Shown here: positions 1 to 11,353 of the stretch, one piece after another | Position numbering within the stretch: position 1 is the first letter of the stretch | Layout: the number at the start of each line of letters is the position of its first letter | Assembly: GCA_964016885.1 (NCBI GenBank) | Contig: OZ024745.1 | Span: 7,440,001 to 7,504,000 of the forward strand | Length of the DNA: 64,000 bases | Direction of reading: 5' to 3' | From: Eledone cirrhosa | Lineage: Eukaryota | Translations under genes and position numbers: made by a program | The notes under the pieces: model-generated | Seen by the model: the letters and a program-made list of their open reading frames with translations, nothing else | The model's database searches: none | What the model was told of the DNA's origin: nothing

Positions 1-319
1 AGTCGATATTAAGGGACATGTAGTTCCCCTTTGTTTTTATCCAGGAATAGCAACACAAAAAAAAAAAAAACAATCTGGCTACAGCTACTAACCAATTAAA
101 CTAAACTATCTTCTACAATGGAAACTTCTATGAACAGGTAATATTCCCTGGGCCAACAACAGAACCTTTATACAGTCACGTGACCTACAAGAAATAGCTA
201 TATATCCCCTAAATCACACCTTTCTACCTCAATGTACACATTAGCTAATATTGTCCTAGATGTGTTCTAGGATGACCTACAGTTAAACGACAATATATAA
301 CTGCCTCTAATATAATAAC

Positions 320-503
320 TATTTCTACTTTTGGCACAAGGCCAGCAATTACCCAGTACATTACCGGTACTTTATTGTATCGACCCCGTAAGGATGAAAG
401 GCAAAGTGAACCTTGGCGGGATTTGAACTCAGATCGTAAAGGGACGTAACTATGCTGGAAAGCATGGCGTCCGACTCTCTACCGATACTGCCAATCCACC
501 GCC
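320..503 (-). mobile_element. Full-length tRNA-derived SINE (dominant family in the window)
   Basis: On minus: A-box-like TGGCAGTATCGG, B-box GAGTTCAAATCCC, core GCCTTTCATCCTTACGGGGTCGAT. Target-site duplication CTAATATAATAAC at 307-319 and 504-516. Confidence 0.9.
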
Positions 504-1089
504 CTAATATAATAACATACCTAATCTATAACTTAGGGTGGTAATGTTACCCTCATTTAAGGCCGTATCTTATTCCCATGTTAAACAACACACCAAACTT
601 CATCTCTATTTCCTCAATACAAGAGATGTCATTGACAGAAAGAATCCAATGTAACTCATTAGAAGTTCTAAATGAGTAAAGTTGTCGAGGAATTTTTACA
701 ATGACCACATGCCAGGTCCTTTATACAACAATATCAAACATATGTTCATACATTTTTGTAGTTGATTGAATCAACCCTACACCCGGTACTTGGCTGGTTC
801 TTATTTCATCAAACCCAGAAACAAAAGGCTAAGTCATTACACACGTATGAGAGAAATTCTAGACAAATTATAGAGAGAAAAAGGAGGTAGTTTTCAATCT
901 CAACCAATCAATGAGTAACAATGTCTAACATAACACGACCACAATCCTGAGGGGAAGGGAACATCGGAAAAACCGGCCAGTGTATTACTAGTATTTACTT
1001 TATCGACCTTGAAACTACGAAGTGGACGTCTACGAAATCTAAAGACTCGAATAAAAACCCTTACACAGATTTTGACATCAACCATGATT

Positions 1090-1301
1090 TTAAATTTTAG
1101 GCAAACGACCGGAAATTTTGAGAGGAGAGAAAAGTCGACTATATCGAGCCCAGAACTTGCCTGGTACTTTATTTTATCGAGCCCGGAATAATATAAGGCA
1201 AAGTTGACCTCGGCTGATTTGAACTCAGATCTTAAAGAGCTGAAATAAAAACTGCTAAGCATGTGTCCGACGCTCTAACGACTCTGCCAATAGACCGCCC
1301 T
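1090..1301 (-). mobile_element. Same-family SINE, diverged
   Basis: ggtactttattttatcga...aggcaaagttgacctcgg...tttgaactcaga...ctgccaatagaccgccc. Confidence 0.8.
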
Positions 1302-2954
1302 CAAACCATAATAAAATCAGCGACATATCATTAGAATCACAAAGACCAAGGAAGTAGATTTGCTACAAGATCCAATGAACAAAGAAAAGAGATGTGTTTG
1401 CCCTCTACACACACACACTATTTTTGTGTGATGTAGTCACGGCACTAATAGGTGTTTCAGATAATGATGATGTTGAAATAGTTGATGCAATAAACACATA
1501 AAAGAAATAGAAAAGCCCACCAGGGGAAAGTGTTTCAGTTTGCATTATAGAATTTGGCTATAAGCAAGATTTTTCAGTTTAAGTGTTAGAAATTAGCAGA
1601 CTAAGAAGTGAACATGAGTATTAAATAGCAATGTTATTAGAGAGTCAACAAGTATATCTAGCCTGAAGATAAGATTCCTAGAAAATGAATTGACCAGCGA
1701 AAAATGAAATTAAAGGTTGTGAGAAATGAAAGAAGAAAATGAAGACAACAGCTTCAACTGTTTCATTCGAGATAGAAGCACAAAGTAAATTAGCAATGTG
1801 ATAAGATGGGACTAATATTTGGTGAGAGAGGTGGGTGTGAAAGATGAGGGGGTAGAAGAATGAAAAGAGTGTGAAATGAAAGATAGTGAGGTAGAGGGAA
1901 AGGAAACGTAACGCCAATTAAAAGCGAAACACAGAGGGAGATGCTAGTTCCCCGTTTTTAAAGTAACTGAGCTGTATCTTCCTGGCCAGACTCTTCATCA
2001 AACAAGCTAAACCAGAAGCGAGCAGACTTGCCTTTGATCTACCATCAAATTTCACAACTGAGAAAAATGGGAGAGCCGGTGTGTGGCGTTGGGTGTAAGG
2101 GGGGGTGCGTGAATTTGAAGAGGGCATTGCTAGCTAGTGATAATAGTTGAAAGTCATGCTTATAGCAGTGGTAAGGGTAGAAAGGAACGAGAGAGGAGGA
2201 AAGTGGAGCTCCCCTTCCCAACTGAAATGCCAACTTTCTGTTGCTGTTTGATCAGATCTCAAAAACAAGTCAAAGAAGAGAAACTAGCTTTGATATCCGA
2301 TACTAATAATTACCTCTTACTCAGTTACTATTAATCAGCAGACAGATGGTTGGGGGGGGGGGGGGGGGGGGGCAAAACGGAAACGAACATGAGAGGGAGG
2401 GAGAGGGGGGGGGGGTTTCAGAAGAACTCGATAGAAATAGCCAAAATAAAGACATACGAGCCCCCTCCCACACTGAAGTAACTGTTAGTATTTTTATTAC
2501 ACAAACCAACACAACATAAATCAGTGAAGAGAACATAGGACAACAACAAACTATAAAAAGTAATATAACGGATGAAAACAACAATTATTAAAAATGATGC
2601 ACGAGGAAAATATAGGGATATATTAAAATAAGGTTGAACTATGACCTTAAAAACTGACCCCTTAACCAATTGTAAAAGGGGGAGAAAGATGAGAAAAGGA
2701 ACAGTTTGGAAATAGAGATTCAAATTATTTAAAGTAAAAACAAAAATGCTGTAATAAGATGTGATAACTATTGTCTGTTATATAGCTTGGGACAAACATT
2801 GGTTAGGGGAGAAGGGAGAAGGAAGAGGGAGGGGGGAAAGGATAGGGAGATGGGTGAAGGGATAGGGAGAGGGGGGAGAAGGGAGAGGGATGTGTGTGTG
2901 AAAATTTGAAATCAAGGATTAATGTGCTTAACTTATTCGGCAGTATTAAACGGA

Positions 2955-3175
2955 ATAATTGTTTCTACTTTAGGCACAAGGACAGCAATTTAAAGAGAAA
3001 GGGAAGTCGATTAAATCGACCCCAGTACATTACTAGTGCTTTATTTTATCGACCCTGAAAGGATGAAAGGTAAAGCTAACCTCGACGTGATTTGAACTCA
3101 GAACGTAAAGGGCCGTAAACCCATGTCACTAAGCATGTTGTCCGACGCTCTACCAATTCTGCCAAACCACCGCCC
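2955..3175 (-). mobile_element. Same-family SINE, full length
   Basis: All family blocks present; TATTAAAC repeated on both sides as a probable TSD. Confidence 0.85.
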
Positions 3176-3559
3176 TATTAAACATCTTATAAATAATTTT
3201 AGAAAAGTACAGTTCTTAGTTTCTAGTTAGGTAAATAAAAGTAATGAAATATTTACAGCAGACAATGGCTTCCAAGATGCAATGTGCGGCACATTTGGTA
3301 CCTTCTACCATAGAGTTGACCAATATTCCTGAGGGTGGAATTTGCCAAGAATTGACTAAGACATTTCATGTTACAGCTTTAGACTGAGTCAGGCTGAAAT
3401 CCTCGAGAAAGCATTAAGACTAAACGTGTCTGTGGAATGCTCAGCCATTTGTTAATGAGTAGGCTGATCGATTAATTGATTAACTGGAACTAATCGATTG
3501 ATTGATCAACCGGAACTGTCAGGGTTTGACCGCTGTCGGTCTAACAAACAACAATAATG

Positions 3560-4530
3560 TTCCTCAGCCTTATTTATAGAAACAACTTTACGCTATAACA
3601 TTTAAACATCCGTGTTTTTAAAATATCTAATTTGTCTTTGGAAGAACAATTTTAATTTACTTTTAGTTTCTCTCCGAAGGAAATCATTTGTAATATTTAC
3701 TCTGCAGCTGGTTGCAGATACTTCCTTGTCACTCTCACCGCCAGAAACACAATAATTGGTTAGTTGAAGGCCTGTAAAATATCGACGCTATAGTTCACCA
3801 ATTGTGATCAAATATAAAGTCTGCAATATACCCTCTTAGTTTGCTATATTTAGGTCACTAACCTAGCAAATATCTCTGTAGTGCTGCTTCATCAATAGGC
3901 AACATTTCCCTTTAGGTATAAACTAGTTTATCTGGTGTGAATAGAGACTCTCTCTTAGATAGAACTATATAGACTTCTCTTGGACAGAACTAAATACACA
4001 CCTTATGTGTTGGCTTGTTGAGTTATCCCAGGATTGAACCTGAGATGTGACTGGAGCTTGAGAGTAAAAGGAAGTTTCAACAGAGACATATGTTAGTCTG
4101 ACAACTGAACAACTAAATAGGTCGGTTTATTCAATTTGCATAAATCTTGTCAATCAGTGAAGCCAGCACAGTTCTAAGTCGGTGTCACGGCTCACTCTCT
4201 GTATGTTTAGCTGGGTTTTATGAGGCTGCACCTCATTAGGTCTCTTAAGTGTTTTAAGGACCCCAGTGCTATCACTGTAAGAAATGATTATGTGAAGACA
4301 TTTCACCGATGGTTGAAGCTATATAACCAAACAACCAAATACTTGCTTAAAAACAATACAACCTCCCTCAATCTGTTTACCAACATTTGGATTTTAACTA
4401 TTTGAGCCAATCAAATCATTTCACCACCATTGTTCGTCTGGACATTCTTATATTGGAAAGACCAACGTTTACGACATCTTATTGGATGTTATGTTTTTCA
4501 ACAGAAGAAACTTGGAATTAAAAAGTTCCT
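3560..4530 (+). mobile_element. Highly decayed Penelope-like element (RT and GIY-YIG remnants)
   Basis: Hand translation gives RPVKYRRY at 3768-3791 (like the P..Y.RYVDD RT motif) and HCSSGHSYIGKT at 4428-4463 (GIY-YIG C.CG..YIGKT motif), in the expected order. No intact ORF. Confidence 0.45.
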
Positions 4531-4774
4531 TGTTCATAGTTATTTCATCAAAATGTGAATTCAAAATACCCCCTCCCCCCCAACTCGATACTTTGAGCCT
4601 TCCAGGGTCAAAATACATAGAATTCTTAAAATGTTTCTTTCAACACCACTTAATTCTATGAATCATTTACTCCTCCCTGTCCAAACAGAGGAATTTTAGT
4701 AGATACAAGTCAACCAACTATTATCAACATTTCTAAATCACAAAACAAGGATTCTCCTCAAAATTCCACTGATT

Positions 4775-5900
4775 TATATACAAGAGGTATCGCTATATAC
4801 AAGAGTCATCGCTATATACAAGAGTCATCGCTATATACAAGAGGTATCGCTATATACAAGAGGTATCGCTATATACAAGAGGTATCGCTATATACAAGAG
4901 TCATCGCTATATACAAGAGGTATCGCTATATACAAGAGTCATCGCTATATACAAGAGTCATCGCTATATACAAGAGTCATCGCTATATACAAGAGTCATC
5001 GCTATATACAAGAGTCATCGCTATATACAAGAGGTATCGCTATATACAAGAGTCATCGCTATATACAAGAGTCATCGCTATATACAAGAGGTATCGCTAT
5101 ATACAAGAGGTATCGCTATATACAAGAGGTATCGCTATATACAAGAGGTATCGCTATATACAAGAGTCATCGCTATATACAAGAGTCATCGCTATATACA
5201 AGAGTCATCGCTATATACAAGAGTCATCGCTATATACAAGAGTCATCGCTATATACAAGAGTCATCGCTATATACAAGAGGTATCGCTATATACAAGAGT
5301 CATCGCTATATACAAGAGTCATCGCTATATACAAGAGTCATCGCTATATACAAGAGTCATCGCTATATACAAGAGTCATCGCTATATACAAGAGGTATCG
5401 CTATATACAAGAGTCATCGCTATATACAAGAGGTATCGCTATATACAAGAGTCATCGCTATATACAAGAGTCATCGCTATATACAAGAGTCATCGCTATA
5501 TACAAGAGTCATCGCTATATACAAGAGGTATCGCTATATACAAGAGTCATCGCTATATACAAGAGTCATCGCTATATACAAGAGTCATCGCTATATACAA
5601 GAGTTATCGCTATATACAAGAGGTATCACTATATATCCCGCCGAGGTTGACTTTGCCTTTCATCCTTACGGGGTCGATAAAATAAAGTACCAGTAATGCA
5701 CTGGGTAATTGCTGGCCTTGTGCCTAAAGTAGAAACAACTATATACAAGAGTCATCGCTATATACAAGAGGTATCACTATATACAAGAGGTATCACTATA
5801 TACAAGAGGTATCACTATATACAAGAGGTATCACTATATACAAAAGGTATCGCTATATACAAAAGGTATCGCTATATACAAGAGGTATAGCTATATACAA
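4775..5900. repeat. 19-bp tandem satellite TATATACAAGAG(TC/GT)ATCGC, about 53 units, interrupted by a SINE
   Basis: Directly visible tandem units of two main variants. Confidence 0.97.
5635..5738 (+). mobile_element. 5'-truncated young SINE inserted in the 19-bp satellite
   Basis: Reads identical over 104 bp to 16341-16444; flanked by CTATATA on both sides. Confidence 0.92.
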
Positions 5901-7059
5901 TTGGTAATTTGAGGTCATCTAAGCACAAGAAAAAATGCTTTTGCAATTAAGACATCCGAAGTATGCAGATTTAGTGGCCTACAACCATGTTTAAAAGCAA
6001 GGGTACGTAGCAAGTGTGGTAAATATATTTAAGGATTAATTTGTCCGTGGTGGTGCTGTGCTATCCTGACCCTGAAAACACAATGTTGTAGCAACTTATT
6101 GAAATAAAGTAGTACTTACAGAAGTAGAATTTATAATAAGCAAGATGACTATAAGGTCACTTAAAACCATAATTTAAACGCATTTTCTTTTCGTTTTAAA
6201 TATTGTTATATATAGTTAATGTTTCACATTAGATGCTATGGAATAAGTAAAGAAACGAAAGAATAAATAAAAAAATTAAGTAAAAAAAATTAAGTAAATA
6301 ATGAAAAAAAAAAAGCTAAACAAATAGTAAATTTGCCAGATGAAAGCAGATTCCTTAAATAACGGCGGTTGTTCTCTGTTTTAGATCCCATTTATCATAA
6401 AAGTAGGAAAGAAAATTATATTTTCTGCTACACAAAGGACTTTTTATTTTCCTACTTTTTGTGGAGGATTATCAAATAAGAAGCTAGGCTGTAATCAAAT
6501 CCATTCTACTCAAAGGAAAAAAGGGGACAAGAAAAGAAAGAGAAGCGAGGAGGGAGGCGGTCTCTTGAGAGGAAATGAGAAATCAGAGTAGCCTACAAAG
6601 AGAAAAGTGCCTCTGATTCTTTAGCAAGATAAGAAATAAAGTACTAAAGATGAAATAAATAGGAAGAAGGGAATCAGAAGACACTGCTTGCATTAAACCA
6701 AGGCACATTTTCTCGTGGAAAAACAGCTAAACTCTTCTATCTTCTAATTTTAACAGATTCATATTTACCATTTATTAAATACATAAACTATTGTTATTTA
6801 CTATCTCATTGTATCAGAGAGAGAGAGAGTCATAAATATAATACTTTTTCCTCTCAAGAAAGAAACGATTATGTTTATGAAAGAATAAACGAACAGTGTT
6901 TAGTAATGACAACTTTACCAAAATACATATTTGTTTCTACAACAAAATTCAGATAAAGTCTCCAAGATAAACATTATATATACAGTGTAACATTATATAT
7001 ACAGCATGTGTATGAACAGTTTAAGTTTCTTTCGTTTCTACCCATACTTGTATAGGTAT

Positions 7060-7081
7060 ATCTCTCTCTCTCAGAGAGAGG

Positions 7082-7155
<74 letters not shown>
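7060..7155. repeat. (TC)n/(GA)n microsatellite
   Basis: Direct reading. Confidence 0.97.
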
Positions 7156-7157
<2 letters not shown>

Positions 7158-7430
7158 TCAGGAATTTACCAGTTTAAACTAGTTAGACCATTATTCGGCA
7201 GTGCTCGGGATAGTAGAGTATAAATATATTAAAGAGTCGGGGCCTGATGCCGCAGACTCTAGAATTGGTGTCGAAACGGCAAGAGCTCAGCCGTCGAGCC
7301 CCGACTCTATGAACTTCAGCCGCCACTAGCAATCATGTGTGACTTGGCAGTGTGTACTATGCTTCCGCTATGTTTTAGGTGTCCATACAGTCGTGAGCAG
7401 TCACACACACTCCCTGTTCTAGCGGAACTG
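7156..7430 (+). mobile_element. ~275-bp CpG-rich unit carrying a hammerhead-like motif (Penelope pLTR / retrozyme-like)
   Basis: Bounded by GA repeats on both sides. TATAAATA at 7219-7226 lies just upstream of the hammerhead-like fold. Confidence 0.5.
7233..7308 (+). ncRNA. Type I hammerhead ribozyme-like motif with variant core
   Basis: Stem I AGAGTCGGGGC/GCCCCGACTCT; CTGATG; stem II GAC...GTC; GAAA; stem III ACGGC/GCCGT; GTC triplet at 7293-7295. The core reads CTGATG-CCGC-A instead of CTGATGA. Confidence 0.6.
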
Positions 7431-7469
7431 GAGAGAGAGAGAAAGAGAGAGAGGGGACACCACCAACAC

Positions 7470-7595
7470 TGGGCTGGTAACTTTCCTTTTATCGACCTCG
7501 ATAAAAAGCAAAGTATGTAGACCTCGGTAGAGTTTGAACTAAGAATGCAGAGAGCCGGGACAAATACCTAACCACTCTGCCAAATCGACCGCCTT
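7470..7595 (-). mobile_element. Diverged SINE copy
   Basis: ttttatcgacctc...gtttgaactaaga...ctgccaaatcgaccgcc. Confidence 0.7.
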
Positions 7596-7712
7596 ATATA
7601 TAGCAGCGTCAAAATATATATAATATATATATGTGTGTGTATATAATGTTTGCATGTTGGTATGGATTGCACGGTTCATCATGGTCCGAGCCAGTTCTTA
7701 GCCGGAGCTACT

Positions 7713-7782
7713 GTTCCCCTAGAGGTGTGGTCGGAGGGCAATGTCCCACTCGTGGGGCATGGATTCCGCGACAGAATGCCCT
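7713..7782 (+). ncRNA. HDV-like ribozyme candidate
   Basis: P1 GTTCCCC/GGGGCAT (one mismatch, G1-U wobble), P2 AGGGCA/TGCCCT, P3 ATG/CGT, L3 TCCCACT, P1.1 CC/GG, minimal P4, J4/2 CAGAA. Confidence 0.5.
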
Positions 7783-7817
7783 TAACATCAGTAGCTTTAT
7801 AGCATTTTATCGTGGCA

Positions 7818-7867
<50 letters not shown>

Positions 7868-8177
7868 TTTCTTTGGCATTCGCATGTATGGCGAGACGGT
7901 GCATCTGTATGAGGAATGTGTTGATGGAAGTGAGAGATATACTGTCCAGGGAGCAGGTCTGGTCAAGTTTGTATGGCTAACAGTTGTCTCATCTCTCTCT
8001 CTGAACAAGCAGGTGTTACCATAAGTTAAATACTGTGTAAAACTTAAGGGACTTCAGTTCCCGATATCAAATTGAGTAAATGGATCCCAATTCTGCGTCG
8101 ACCTCAACAGGTTGACAGGCAAAGTTGACCTTAAATTATGTTTCTTACACAGACACAGGACTAGAAATATTTTAAAG

Positions 8178-8780
8178 GCCCCAGTACTTCACTGGTATTA
8201 TATTTTACCGACCCCCTATAATAATTGTTTCTACTTTTGGCACAAGGCAAGCAATTACCCAGTGCATTACTGGTACTTTATTTTATCGACCCCTTAAGGA
8301 TGAAAGCAAAGTTAACCTCGGCGGGATTTGAACTCAGATCGTAAAGGGCCGTAACTATGCTGGAAAGCATGGCGTCCGATCCTCTACTGATACTGACAAT
8401 TCACCCCCTTATATTAATTTTTCTACTTTTGGCACAAGGCCAGCAATTACCTAGTGCACCACCGGTACTTTATTTTATCGACCCAGTAAGGATGAAAGGC
8501 AAAGTTAACCTCGGCGGGATTTGAACTCCTTATAATAATAGTTTCTATTTTACGTTCAAAGGCAGCAATTTTGGGGAGTGATGTGGGGAAAGTTTATCAT
8601 ATCAACCCCAGAACCGTCACTAAATACCATATGACCGATGATCTACCGATTCTGATAACCCCTCAATTTGAGAGTGGATATAACCACAATAGGATTGGTA
8701 GAGGTTGGGAAGAATGAAAAGCAATGTTGACCCAGGAGGAATTTGATACTCAGTAGGTAAAAGGTCGTAATCACCACAAG
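8178..8780 (-). mobile_element. Head-to-tail cluster of 3-4 SINE copies and fragments
   Basis: Repeated tttctacttttggcacaagg...atttgaactc blocks at about 8225, 8418 and 8542. Confidence 0.88.
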
Positions 8781-9639
8781 CCAATGCATTCAATGAAGGG
8801 ACTGGAGCAACGTGAAAATAATGTGTTTTGGGCCAGTCGGCTCAGCTGTAAATGAGAACCACCAACAACTATAGTTAAACTTGGTGACGACCTCGTGTCT
8901 TAATATATCACTCGAAAGTGGGATAGGACCCGGTCACTGTCCAACCCATGTCTGCATGGAAAAACAAACGTATCCGCTCTCTCTCTATGGATAAAAAACA
9001 TAGTTTGGAAGTAGGTGGGAAAGCTAAGGTGGTTAAAGTGAACAACAGTGAAAATAGTCTTAAAAACAAACAGAAAAGAAACAAACACTAAATCAGGTTA
9101 TATAATTTTTACACAAATCTGGGGCCAATAACGGAGCAGCTATGCGGTAGCTCAAACTGCTAGAAATAGCAGCCAAATCTCCCTATTACAAACAATCTTT
9201 AAATAGAATACATAAGATAACACAATCTAGATGGAGGATTGTCTTACAATAAGATGGGATGGTCATGGATAGATTGTCTATTGAGCATAGGTTTGCTAGT
9301 TCAAATCTAGCCTAGGGTTAAATAAAGTTTACACAGTCCAAAAAGTACCTATTTAGGTACATCATTCTATATAAGGAGGTAAAATCAGTCCAATTCACTG
9401 TTAGAAGAGTAGGGGGAAGAGGGGGCAGAGTGATTGTTTCGGTCTTATAGTTACCATATTTTTAATGACAGCCTATAATTTCCAAATAATTTGGTGGGGT
9501 TTAGTGGTTTAACTTTCTCATTAACATGTTTTTAAATAAAATTACGATGGAAAGTTGTTAGATATAACAGTTTTTAGCTCCATGGGAGGTTGGTGTGAAA
9601 AGGGTTAAAGACTGTCAACGAGGGATTCAAAACAAACCA

Positions 9640-9740
9640 TAGAGGTTAACTTTGCCTTTCATCCTTACGGGGTCGATAAAATATAGTACCAGTAATGTAC
9701 TGGGTATTGGCTGGCCTTGTGCCAAGAGTAGAAACAATTA
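9640..9740 (+). mobile_element. 5'-truncated SINE
   Basis: gaggttaactttgcctttcatccttacggggtcgat...gtagaaacaattatt. Confidence 0.88.
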
Positions 9741-9949
9741 TTATTGTTTTTACGTCCACTTTTCCATGCTGGGTTGAACACAATGTTTTGAGAATGTTTT
9801 ACAGTAGGATCTCCTTCCTGACCCCTTATGGGTGGACTCCATGTACCAATTCTAAAATCTGGGATACTATAAAAACTTTACAAGCCACCAACAACAAAAG
9901 ACCATACAAACTGTAACTCTCCACCCCCAAAACAGACATTACTGAAAAT

Positions 9950-10460
9950 ACATTTTAAGGGTGGGCAGAGTTGTATTTTGAATTGATCTCAGAATATAAC
10001 ATAGTACATTACAGGAGATGTAGCCCAGTGCTCTACCGATTCTACCATTCACTAAGATAGTTTTGGTACAAGGCCAACAATTCCTGGGTGGGGGGCGATT
10101 ATATCGACTCCTATAGTGACTGGTACTTTATTTTGTCAACCTTGAAAATGTGAAAAGCTATGTCAACCTTGAAGCGAGAACAATTGCTGCCAAATGTTTA
10201 CCCAGCGCTCTACCGATTCTAACGGCACCGACTTCACTGTGTTAATAATTGCTTCTACTTTTGACACAAGGACAGCAAGTTGAAAAGGGGGGGGGGGGTT
10301 TCGATTAAATTCACCCCAGTGTATTACTGGTACTTTATTTTATCGACCTCGTAAGGATGAAAGGCAAAGTTAATCTCGGTGAGATTTGAACTCAGAACGT
10401 AAAGGGCCGTAACTATATGCCATAAAGCATGATGTCCGACATCTTACCAATCCTACTGAC
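9950..10460 (-). mobile_element. Cluster of SINE copies (best preserved at 10245-10460)
   Basis: Family blocks repeated. TTCACTGTGTTAA on both sides of the last copy is a probable TSD. Confidence 0.82.
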
Positions 10461-10974
10461 AACCGACATTCACTGTGTTAACAACAACAATGAAAACTTT
10501 AGAACAATTAGAATTGTAATTAATTTTTCAAGAGTAGAAAAATTTTAAACTTTGTTTACAGGTGTAAAATCAATGAAATTTGGACAACTCATCAATTAGA
10601 TATACGTCATTATAGGTTATTGAACAGTTCACAGCTTAGTTAAATATAAGCACAGCTACTGCTCAAGAGAAAATGTAGATTTTCAACGAGATTTAAAAAA
10701 CCCAGCAGAATTTTCAGAAATTAAATTAAGGATGTATAAGATGAAATATTAGTGTGGAAGTTGTTGGCAAATCGAGGGCTGAAATATTGATATGTAGTTG
10801 AAACCTGTATATGTAGACTGCAGTAATACTTTGAGGGGCGATGGGAGAATGCAACTATCTAGAAGCCTCTATCCTGAATAATGGCATTAGGCTTAATTAG
10901 GAAATTGCCAATGTCGTTACCATCATCACTGCTGGATTGTCATAATCATGAGTCAGTTGAAATGAAAGTATTTT

Positions 10975-11140
10975 ATTACGGTCCTCTACATTCAGGTTTC
11001 AAATCCCATCAAAGTCAACTTTGTCTTTCATCCTTCTGAGATCAATAAAATTAAGTACCAGTAAAATACTGGGGTGATAATTAACTTTCCCCACTTCCAC
11101 CAAAATTGCTGGCCTTGTACCAATGTTAGAATCATCATCA
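10975..11140 (+). mobile_element. SINE copy about 220 bp from the Axin exon donor
   Basis: ttcaaatccc...ctttcatccttctgag...gtaccag...gctggccttgtacc. Confidence 0.8.
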
Positions 11141-11353
11141 TGGCTGCTATATTGGAAACACTGACTGCAGTACAAAACTTGCGTAGTTTTTAAGAGGGTG
11201 GGTAGAGGGTAAGATAGAGTAGGATAAGTTTTGTATTGTCCGACAAATCTAGCTAGTCTAGCCATCCAACTAAATCTGTTTCTTCAGACACAAGAAAGAA
11301 ATTTCCAATGGATTCTGCAAGAGAGACTAGAAAGAGTAAATGACTTTACTTAC

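Noticed and set aside
320-503. A/B boxes as tRNA genes
   Set aside because: No cloverleaf; these are SINE heads, with TSDs and many copies.
1918-2127. Minus-strand ORF with a plausible acceptor, as a candidate next Axin exon
   Set aside because: No resemblance to Axin C-terminal or DIX sequence, and no convincing donor before the stop.
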